Shown here one piece after another: positions 7,035 to 19,000 of a stretch of DNA of 36,716 bases. The notes under the pieces are model-generated. The model ran no database searches. It saw only the letters and a list, made by a program, of their open reading frames with translations, and was not told the DNA's origin. Where the stretch lies: contig JAWOEX010000001.1 in the NCBI GenBank assembly GCA_046482545.1, forward strand, positions 1 to 36,716, in the 5' to 3' direction. This stretch comes from Candidatus Thorarchaeota archaeon. Its GTDB lineage: Archaea > Asgardarchaeota > Thorarchaeia > Thorarchaeales > Thorarchaeaceae. Every line of letters starts with the position of its first letter. Position 1 is the stretch's first letter. A program made the position numbers and the translations under genes.

Positions 7035-10000
7035 CTAATCCATGCCGTCGAGTAAGACATCAATCTCTGCCTTGGTCAATCCTTCCGCATTCTCCATTAT
7101 GAGATCTATTTCATCTTCCGCGATTCCCAGTTTCTCAAGGCGCTCTCTTATATCCGCGAGTTCCTGTTTTGTGACTGTTTCTTTCTTCTCTTCTTCGTCC
7201 TTCTTCTCGCTTATTTCTTCAGCGCGCCTTGCCTTTTCCTGTGTGATAACTTCCATGACAAATCCTGGTCTCTCAGATGGCTTCATTCGGAACAGGTCTT
7301 GACGAAATGCATCGACATCTTCTTCGGTGAGGCCAGTGATTTCAGCGAGTTCGTCTAGAAGATCCTCGATTTCGGGGGCCTCTGATATGATGGTCTCTTC
7401 CGGAACCTCATCTATAGGCTTCTGGATATTGTAAACGCTCAGAGATTCATTAATCATATTCTGGAGCATTTCATCTCTGCGAGAGACCTCCGGAGCATCG
7501 GGTACCTTTCCGCGAGATACATCCTTAATCATTCCATTGAGCCAGCGAATCATTTTCGGGACACTGAAAACTTTCACATACAGAAGAGCACCAATGAGCA
7601 GCAAGATTATTGAAGCACTACCACCCAAGGTCAAAGCTGTCATGAGTGGGTCTTGGGTTTGCGGGGTTGCTACAACGGTGATAGTAACCTCCTGGCTCTC
7701 GTAGTTGTTTCCTTTTGATGCACGTATAGTGATATCAAAACTGTAGTCAACAGGAACAACAAATTCGATAATGTAGGTTCCCTTTTCGTCTCCCTCAGTT
7801 ATGGTATAGTCTTCCTCCTTGATGAGTAACTCTGCCTGTTCAACAACGATTTGTGCATCGCTGATGGGTAGGTCATGATCAATATCGAGGAAATCAACAC
7901 TGAATTGAATGGTTTCACCAACTATGGTTTGAATATATGGGTCACTCGGCGAGAGCTCAGTTTTGATTCTCCTTACAATCACAGTAACTCTTGCCGTTGC
8001 GGTAGTGTAGTTGGTTTTACTCAATTCAATCTGAGCAGAATATGTACCTAATGGGATGTTGTCTGGAATCGCAACTGAGTAGTTTCCCTCTTCAGTGCTA
8101 TTTAGAGCAATCACGCCAAATGACCAAGTGAACGAACCTACGGCGGTGGACACAGGCTCATCGTAATATGTGTCATTGTAGAATGCACTGATGGTGTACG
8201 AGTCGCCAACCGGTATTTCGTAGAGATCTGCGACAATCACCTCAGTTGGTATCTTCGATACCTCTAATGTCACAGAGGTTGTTCTTGTAATGTAGTTGGA
8301 TTTAGAAGCGCTAACAAGAACATCATATACGCCCGGTCCAACATCATTACTATCCAATGCAAGACTGTACAACCCATTTCCGATTTGCTCTGCGTTTCCT
8401 CGTCCCGAAATCCATCGAAACTCAAGTGTAGCATTCTCTATGCTCCTGTTGTAGTACTGATCACTGAAATTGAACCAGAATGTTGCTGACTGCTGATGTA
8501 CGATTGTCAGTGTGGTGTTCAGCGGTGAGAGCACGCTTTGTATCGGTGAAATTTCCGCTAGTATGATTGCCGTGCCGGTTTCGTATCCTGGTTTACTGGC
8601 AACGACATAGATTGAGAATGAACCTGCTCTGAACAGAGAGCTGTCAAAGCTGCCCTCGTAAATTCCTGGCTCGGTTTCCGTAAGTGTACCGTTGTAGTTA
8701 GCGTCACCAAAGCGGAATCGTGTATTTGCATTGCTTACAGGGACACCACTTTTTTCATCTGTAAAATTCAGGTTCAAGTGAACCTCTTCTCCGTAGACTG
8801 CCCGCACTGTTGCTTCTCCGATAGGAATGAGATTTGTCTCAACAAGTTTAACATCAAGACTTAGGTAGAGGCTTGCTTGAGCATGGTTTGACTTGTTTGC
8901 CCTAACGTAGAGCGTGTATACATTAACTTCGGCACCTGTAGTATTGATAGTGGTAGTGTAGACGCCTGGGGTTTCAGTCGCTGTCAGAACTCCTTCACCG
9001 TAGTCCCAGAGATACGATATTGTTGCATCCTCTATTCCCGTATCATTAGTGTCAACACAATAGTGCACAGTGAGATTGACAGGCTCTCCACTCGAAATGC
9101 TGTACGAGTATTGTTCGTCAGCGGTGCAGAGATCAGTTTCAAGTACTGACAGCACCAAGGTGATTTGCAGCATTCTACTTTCATAATTCGTCTTGTTTGC
9201 ATTGACCGTCACTGTATGTGTACCGATATCAACGAACGAGGTGTTGATTGTTCCGTTGTATGTTGTTCCATCGAAGTCTAAGTTGAACACCTCTCCCTTG
9301 AGAGTGGCTGTGACAGTTGCATTCTCTACTGGTACTTCCGGGTATTCCTGTTGGTACCAGACTGCCAAATGGAACGGATCACTCCAATTTAGCGTCACCG
9401 CGGTACTTTCTGGTTCTAATCGGGTTATCACTTGTTTAAGATCGATGTCTACAGTGAGGGAAGCACCACTATAGTCTTCTGCATCAGCAGATATATCATA
9501 GGTATATGTGCCGTACGGTGATTCCCATAGTAGGAATGTAACATTGTACTTACCGTCTCCTGTCGGAGAGAATATTGCTTCTGGGGTGCTGGGATTAGTG
9601 TATATCTCTGCTCCAACCACCAGTATATCATGGTCAATATCCTCATACTCGACAATGACAGAAACGTTCTGACCTGCAACTCCAGAGGTATCCGAATCAA
9701 TACTCATTGAAGTGCGAATTTCTCTGACTCTGAATTTCACCTTCGCACCAGCGTCGCTATGTAGATCTTTAGTGGCTGTGAAAGTAACTTCATAGCTGAG
9801 AGTGTTAACATTTTCTGTGAACAAAGTAACAAGAAAGCCACCCGTTGAGCCATGTGTCCAGTTCCAGCCATAGTCCCAGTCGGTCGACAAATTGGCTTGC
9901 GTGACATTGATTTCATGATCGGTATCGCGGTATGAGAGTTCAAGCGTTACGTTATCTCCTACAGGGACGATACCCGGTTCAGGAGGAGTAGCGCTGGCTG

Positions 10001-13000
10001 ATGTTGATATGAATCTGATAGTGATTGACACAGTCGTATCCTTAATTGCATAGAAGGACTTATTCAATGTGAACTGGATTTGATACTTGCCAACAGATGG
10101 AACGCCATCGGTTTCCAAGGTGACATTCAAACTACCATCACTCAGTTCCTTGTACGACCATCCATAGGTCCACGAAGTTTCGATACTGGCATTAGATATC
10201 ATCAGGTCATGGTCGAGATCCAGATATGCTACTCTTATGCTTACATTGTCTCCGACCGGTACAATTCCGGGATCTGGGGCGTCTGTAGTAACTTGGGTAT
10301 AGACGTTTCTTACAGTTGCCCTGATTCCGGTATCGTTGATAGCGGGGTAATAGGGTATGGCGGTCTCATTCCAAACCACATCGATTTCGAAATACACATC
10401 ACCCACATAATCGAACTGCGAGCTGTTGATGGTAAAGCTGTATACCCCAGCATCTGGATAATCCAGAGTATAAACGAGTTCCTGACCAGTAGTCTCATTC
10501 AGGGTGGTAAAGGAGATGAATACATTGCCGCTTTCATTGGATATTCCTTTGTCATTCACGCTATCCCGATATTCAAACTCAATCGTAATATTGTCACCAT
10601 GTGGTGTGTGTGCAGGGGGGGTATACGTCAGAATAGCATTCGCTCCAGTGACGGAGACATCGAAATCTAAGGAGCGGTTCGAATAGAATGGAGCGCCGAG
10701 TACCCAGTTGAAGCTCGCTTGGAAAGTGAATTGTCCCGTTGCGTTGAGCGCTGTGACATTTATTGACATTACAAATTTTCCGGGTTCGGTTTCTTCAATC
10801 CACCAAGGAACAGAGATATTTGTTGTAATTCTGATACCTTCTTCAGTTGTGTTTGTAACTGGCTCCTCAGAATCTCTGTCCTCAAAATAGAAAGTCACGG
10901 TCGCGTTATCACTGTAGCTTGTCTGCGCGATTGGTGCTGTTGTTAATTGGGTATTCCGGGCCCGAACATCACTATCAATCAGTACCGTCTGATTCTGATA
11001 GTGTGACTCTGTCATTCCACTTACTGAAATCGTGAGAATATAATGGCCTATAGTCTCAAGCTTCGATGTATTGACACGAAGCTCGTACTGTCCTTCACTT
11101 GTCGATGATATGGAATAGTAGGAAGAATCCACCGGTGTACCGTTAACTGCGTCTAGACTGAAGTAGGATTCTGCATCTGTTATGCCCGTGAGCCCGGCAT
11201 CAACGTCAGTGTATTCCAGTTCTACTGTCATATCATCTGAATATGGTGTTTCAGGAGGTACCACATAGGTCAATCTGGTTGCCCTTTCTCGAACCTGAAC
11301 CGTAAGTGATTTGCTTCTGTTCGCATAGAATGGTTCTCCATAGTACTCTGCTGATACATCTACTGAGAATTTTCCGATGTTCCCAAGAGCAGTACTGTCA
11401 ATACGGGCCGTGTAGTCACCAGCACCGTGATCCTCGACCCAGTAGTTAATTTGCTTCACTAGGCTCTCGTTTGCATCTGTGCTGATAAGAGTGAAGTTGA
11501 CTCCAGGCACGCCTGTGGAGTTTTCAACTCCTTCAAAATAGAAGGTAATGGTAACATTATTGAGATAGGGTGTCCTCCCCTGCACCTCGTAAATCATTTG
11601 AGTTGGTCTCTGGAGGACTCTGCCTGTAATCGACCTTGTTGTTGTATTCGCCCAATAGTAAGGTGTATTCGGATAGATGAACCTGATGTCCAAACCATAG
11701 TCGGAAAGCTCCCCCAGTATTCCGGTATCGAATGAAACATTGTAGTTACCCGATCCCATGTCAACAATCGAAATGGCACTATCATCAACATCTTCTGGTT
11801 GTGTAAAGGTTACTGATAGGTTCTGCTGCATGTTTTCGAGGCCGGTACCATCGGTTCCGTTATCCAAATCAATCAAAGTGACCGTGAACGAAACCTTGTC
11901 AGCATAGTATACGGACTGGGGTGGCTCTATGCTTAATTCTACATTGCGATGCTCAACCCGAACTTGAATTGACCTACTCCCATCAGATAGCCACCATTCA
12001 GACGTGGAGTTCAACTTGACCTCTAAGTAGTACTTGTTGGGCTCACCCAGTGCTTCGGTACTTATGTTTAGCAAGTAATCGCCATCACCCAGATAGGTGA
12101 ACCAGAAGTTGCTGTCTTGAACGAGGTCTTCTGCAGAGGTTGCACAAGAGAGATACAACTCCGCGCTCGAAATTGGGTCAGCGGGATCCGAATCGATATC
12201 AAGATAGGTCAGATTGAAAGTCATGAAGTTTCCATAAGCTACCCCGGGGACAGAGCTATAATCAAGCGTGGTTGTTCGTTCGTCTACGGTGCCGGTTACA
12301 TTCCTAGACACCAAGGAGTAATAGGGGCCAGTTGTGGTGTGATTGAAGACGACTCTGACTTTGTAGGATCCAACGCTTCCCAAACTCGAAGTGTTAAAAC
12401 TAACGCCATACTGTCCGTCCGTTCCACTCAGGTATTCCACAGTGGGGGTCCCACTGGCACCTTCGGGCAAGAGAATCTCGACGGAGATGTAGCTAGCATT
12501 GTTGTTTATGTACTCGAGTGAATGAGAGTCTTGAAGGACGAACGAGAAATTTACATCTTCCAAGTAGGACACTGGTAGCGGAAAGTCAATGTCCATATTG
12601 GCGATTCTATATTCAATAGTGACTGAAACACTTACATCTGTCTGGTTCTCATAGAATGGAGTTCCTGACCAGATGACTTCCAAGTCAATCGAGTTTACGC
12701 CCAGCATATCAGTTTCCTTAGTCATTATTTCAACTGTGTAGAAATCTTCTGCAGTTGGAGTGTAATTCACGGAGTATGTGTATCCGCCTAGGACCGTAAT
12801 ATTGAGAGGTGCGCCAGTTACTAATTGGCTCTCGTTATCGAGGTCTACATACTGTAGGAACAGCGTAAGATTATCTCCATATGGCACAGGATCGGCTTTT
12901 ATCTGGGATATTGCTGTATCTCGAACCCTAACATGTATTGATACGCGTCTGTCAATTTGGTCTTGGTAGTATGGTTCTTGGTCAGGGTAGGTCCAGTTGA

Positions 13001-16000
13001 GAGTGATTTCAAAACGGTACGTTCCACATGCATCGAGATAGGTGGTATTGAGGAGCAAGAAGAACGTTGCATAAGTTCCTGTATCTGCTCCTTGAACGAT
13101 ATCAATTATCGCAGAGTCTGAGGTATTGAGTCCTACCTGATCTAGCGATACGACAGTAGCTGTTGCATTATCTCCAAGTACCACGTCGACAGGATCACCG
13201 GAATCGCTATCACCCCAGTAGAATGTTAAATTCGCTTGATTGCCGAAGGGAACCGGGTCTAGTGGATCCCAGCTAAACTCGGTTTGGGTTCCCCTGACCT
13301 CGAATCCTACTGAAATACTTTGATTCTGGAAGAATGGTGCCCCCGAGAATGTCATATTGATTTCTATATCAGTCACCACAAATGGGGTGAACTGGCTTGC
13401 CGGCATCTCGAGAATATACTCTCCAGGCGTTGCACTGGGTGAGACATAATATTCCGAACTATTCGTGGTTAATGTAATAGCACCCTCGTAAGTCGTATTG
13501 TCGATTGCAGCACCATCGTTGTCGGAGTCGGCATATTGAAGGATTACAGTTACATTATCTGTGTAGCCAACACTCGATATAGGATCATAGGTGAGCAGTG
13601 TATAGCGGTGTCTTACGTAGATTTTCGTGTATATGGTTGCATTCTTGTAATTCCCTAATTCACCAGAATTCTGCGTTTCAATTTTTACCCACACGTTTCC
13701 TATTGAATCCAAAGCTGAGGTATTCACTTCAACAGTGTAAATCCCTTCACCGTTATCAGTAATCATCCAACTTCCTGTGAGTGAGCCATTGACCACGACT
13801 AGGCTAGCGTTAGTTATTGTTTCACCGGTGCTAAGGTCCAAGTACTTCAATTCGAATGTAGCATTAAGGCCATATCCTGTGCTCTCTGGAGCGGAATACA
13901 ATTGCAGTTCTGTAGAGTGCCGGCTGATTGTAATTGAGACCTGTAATTCGCTGCTACCGTAGTATGGAATGATATAGTCATAGGTTACGTTGATGAATAG
14001 AGCATGAGTTCCTACCTCAAGGGAGTTGGGCAAGATGAATCTGTATGCATTCAGGTTTTCATCCCAATACGCAGTGGGTTCGCCTAGGTCCGGATTAGAC
14101 GCGTTTTCTCCTGCAAGTCCGATATGCAATCCACTAGTGGAATTCCTTACAATATCTGTAGTCTCGCCGTCTGTAATATGAATTGTAAGCTCAATATCTT
14201 CCTCATATGGAGTGCTTCCGGCTGGATCTGAGGTTAGAACAAGAGATCGATACTTCACCTTGAAGGTGAAGGTTGTGGAGGCATCGCTTTCATATCTTGA
14301 TCCCAAATACGTGGCAGTAGCTGTTAGTTGATAGGAGCCTGGTTCTAGGAACGCTGTAGTGTTGAGTTCAACCGTGTATGTGCCGTCTCCGTTATCCACA
14401 ACTGTATAATTACCACTCAAGGTTAGGTTTGGGTTTGTTATGCTGATATTGTTTCCATCCATGCCAATACTCGTGTCATCAATGAGGTCGGTGTAAGTCA
14501 GACTGAAAGTGACGTTACTGTTGTAGAAGGTGGGAACTGGTGCTGTGTAGGTGAGTTGTGTAGGCCGTTCAGTTATCTTGAGCGAAACGCTTTTGGTCTG
14601 GTTTTGATAGAATGGCGGTCCTGTCCATGTAATGTTGAGCTCAAGTGAGAATGTTCCCGTACTGCCTAGAGAAGCTGTATCAACAGTTATTGTCCACTTT
14701 CTGGTGGAACTACTGTAACTCTTGTTGTAATCAACTCCTAGATTGTTCAGCTGCACATAGAGTTCTGTAGAATTCTCGATTTTTGTGTTGGTTGGTGAGT
14801 CGTAGTACGCGAAACTGAATTCCGCTATTTCATCGTATGCAGTGTTCTGTGGCGGTGTTACATCCACAAGAGTTGTTCGAACTAGAATAGTTACTGTGAT
14901 GTCCAAGGTTTGATTCTGATATAGTGGATTCACATTCTTGCTCCAGTTCATCCAAAGACGGATGCCCATCTCGCCGCAGGTTGTTAGGCGGGAGGAATTC
15001 AACAAAATCCGATAGTGACCTGGGAATTCGTTCCTGTCAACTTCTGTGATGTTGAAATCAGATGAGGTGACAGGCTGTCCAGATGTCAGCATTTCTGCTC
15101 TTCCCCACACATCCCCTGTATCGTTGATTATACCCTCTCCAGTTTCCGCAATCTTGTACAGCAATGTGAAGTTGATTAGATCACCATAGTATACAGCCTG
15201 TGGGCTAACAGCCACGGTTAAGTCTGTGTCAGTGCCTGTTATTTCTACTGTGAAACTCTCGGTCAGGTTCTGGTATTTCAACGAACCAGTCCAATTAAAG
15301 TAGACAGTGAAGTTATATTGCCCTGTCCCGCCAAACTGGTCGGCAGGAATCAACACTTTGTAGTGGCCATCTCCGAGGTCGGTATTGGGCTCTACATACC
15401 ATATCGCTGAAGTGTTGTATTCGTTTTCAACATCAACTTGCACTTGGCCTGTGTCATTAGTGATGCCCTTAGAGAGTGAAAGGTCTTGGTAGAACATGGC
15501 AGCTGTTATGTTGACACCATAACCGGTATCTGTGACTGGTTCGTCAAAGGTTAAATAGGTTGAATGCGCCTCAATTTTCACCGTGATTTCAACGGACCCG
15601 CTTTCGTAATTCTGTCTGGTCACATTGAATTCAACGGTATAGGTGCCTAGTGTTGTATTGTCAAAGGTTAGCAGCTTGATGTCGTAGATTCCATCATTAT
15701 CATCATCAGATATCTCAACTCCTTCGGTCCAGTTGTGTGCGATGGTAGCATTCTCAACATTGATATCATGATCGACATCCTTGAACTGTAAGGTGAATGT
15801 AAGATTGGTATCAAGCGGTACGTTGAAATTGTAGCCTGATGCCAAAACATTCGTTTCTATGTATCTAACGGTGAATCTGACGGTGGTAGTTGCATTCTCG
15901 TAACCATCTCTTACACACATCGCAACAATTGTATAATCGCCGATATCGAGATTAGAGGTATTCATCTTAACTCTGTAGTGACCTTCACTCAGCCAAGTTA

Positions 16001-19000
16001 CCCAGAAATCTGTACCATTTTCGTATTGGGTGTCGTTTAGATAAAGGCTACTGAAATTGACCTCTAAACCATCGAGATCACGGTCTCTGAAAGTTATCTC
16101 GAATGTGAGGTTATCACGATAAGGAACTGGGTCTGGAGCAGGGGCATAGGCTTCAGTGTATCGTCTCCTGATTTCAATTGTGAGAGAGGCCTCGCCATCA
16201 TTGAAGAATTTGGTTTGGCCTGAGCCCGAAGTCAATACTTCTACCTGTTTACTGAATAACCCGACATTCCAATCGTCGGTATCAACAATGACTGTGAAGT
16301 TTCCGTTATCGTACGCCCATGTGGTAATCTCTTGTCCATCAATCACGATTTTGGTAACATTATCTGAGCTGATTATTGTTGAGCTGTCACTTATGTCAAA
16401 TATCCTAATCCTTACCGAGGTGTTATCTGACCATGGCGTTGACGCAGGGCGTATTGCTTCCACGCTGATGCTATGGCTGACAATTGAGACACTTCCGGTT
16501 GTCGAACTATCTGTGTAGTTCTTTATGGGGTCAACAAAGGATACTTCGAATACAAACAAGTATTTTCCAATGGACTTGTCAGCAGTATAGAGCGTTAAGC
16601 TAAACGTTCCTGCATCATAGCTGAAATCACTGCTAGTGTAAGTGGTTCCATTAACCGTCAAAAAGTCGATTTGAGCAAGCGGGACGACATTTGATTCATT
16701 GTCGAGATCAGTTATGGTTACATCTACTGTTGTATTTTTGCCCCAGCCCCTCGGTGATACAGGTGAGAATGTGAGTTGTGTTTTGTGCGCTCGAATGGTG
16801 ATATTTACCGTGGTCTCGTCATCGGTATAGAACTTGGTGTCATTCGAGTCCGTAGTGACTAGCGAGACGTTGAGCGAGGAAGAATCTACCATCCAATTCT
16901 CAGTGTAAAGGTCCACCACGAGCCGTGCCTGGGTATCGACCACTGAGTAAGTCCATTTTGAGGCGGTGAAATTTTCACTCCCGATTAACAGATAGGATAT
17001 GTTTGATTCTGAAATGACTTGATTGGAATTGTCCAAGTCACTCAAGTAAACCAATACTGTAGTGTTGCTGCCCCAAGGCGTGTTTACTTCTTGAGTCTGG
17101 GCAGTAACTAATAGGTTGTGCCGACGAATAGATAAGAAAACGTCTGAGTCAGCATCATCGTAATACTTGGTTGATCCACTGCCAGCTGAGTAGAGCTGCA
17201 CATTTTCTCTAACTTGGTCCTGAATTGGCCAGCTCGTCGTATCGTATATGACTGTGAGCTGAGCATAGCCTTCTTTCTGTTCGTATGTCCAAGAAGAGCT
17301 GGTAAATGTCTGGTTGCCGATTTCAACAGAACTGAGATTGCTTTCTGAAACTACAAGTGAGGAATTATCTAGGTCAGTGATTTCCATAACAATTGTTGTG
17401 TTCATCCCCCATGGTGTGGGTTGGGGTGTTCTGACACTTAGCTGTAACAGATGTGATCTGATGGTGATGGTTATCTCGCCACTAGCATCAGCATATAACT
17501 TGGGACCAGAAGTGGTGACAATACTAACATCATAAACACCCGAGCCTATAGCCCAGCTTCTAGTATCCACTGTCACCGTGAAAACACCATCGGAGAAAAT
17601 CCAGTCCGAAGCACCGAATGTCTGGCTTCCGACGGAAATCTGAGATATGTTACCCGGCCCGATCTGGTTATTGGGGTGGTCAAGGTCCTTCAGTGTCAGA
17701 GAGACGTTTGTTTTCCAGCCCCAGGGTGATTCATCAGGGTGATAGACGGTTGCCATAGTATCGTGTGCCCTTACTGTAAAGTCGACATCAACTGAACCAT
17801 CTTCGAAGAACTTGGATGCGCCGTCCCCTTCTGTGTAAACATCTATTGTAATCGCATATGTGCCTACGTTCCAGGCATTAGTGTCCAAGGTGAATACGAT
17901 GAAAGCAGCTTCAGAACCAGTATTATATGTCCAGTTTTCTGACGTAAAGATTTCAACTCCATATGATGAAGTTAGTTCAATCCTGGAAAAATTAGACTGG
18001 TCGATTATTTGAGAAGCGTTGTCAAGGTCCTGTATTGTTAGATTGAATTCTGTGCTGTTCCCCCAAGGTGTTTCTCTTGATGGGAATGTTGAAACACCTG
18101 TGTGATGGGCTCTCACAGTCACTGACAGCTCCTTGGACTGTGTTTGGTGCCCGGTTGCTGAGCAAAGTACATTCATTGTGTATTCACCGGGCTCAACACC
18201 GCGAGTATTGAGTGTCACTTGCCAAAAACCAAGCGTGGAGTTATACTCGGGTCCTACGAGCGATCCTCCAGTCTGCTCAGCCCAATCTATTTCTACTGCG
18301 ACTTCGGGAGCTGTATTGTCTATCGGTCTGGCTGCTACAAAACCCAGAAAGTCTAGATTGTACTGGAAATCAGTTGTATGCGTGGCATTGATACGAATCC
18401 GCACTAATCCTAAAGGTGATACAAACTGGGACGCAGAGAGGGTTCTCCATGTTTTAGTGACGTCCTCCGTTGATGAATAATCGGTTATGATTGACATCCA
18501 ATTCGCTGAGGAATAGTTGTAGACTTCGACCAAGCCTGATACGCCTGAAGTGTTGTAGTGCCCCTCAACCTTGTACGTCAAGGAGACCATATCTGAAGCA
18601 CTGAGACCGTAATCTGTAATATTTGTCTCACCAGTTAGAGAAATCTCAGCTCCCTCGCTACTTATGTTGACATAGTCATTGTTCGAGGAATAAGCTGCAT
18701 CTTCTTCAGGATCATTAGGAAGACCCGGATTAGCTGTTAACTGGCTGGGTTTCATGGCTACTTCATCATCGTAACTAAGAGCGATTTGCTTTGAATTACC
18801 CCAGGCGATGTCATAGTCTACACGCTCGCGTCTGTCCCCTAGGTGAACTATGAGATGGGTTCGCTCTTGCACTTCAACAGAAATTGATGTGGTTTCAACG
18901 AAGTCATAATACTCCTTGGTAACGTTTGTCGTTATGTCGTAGGTCCCTATGGATGCAAGTGAGGTATCGAGTGAACCTGCATACCATCCATTGCCTGCAT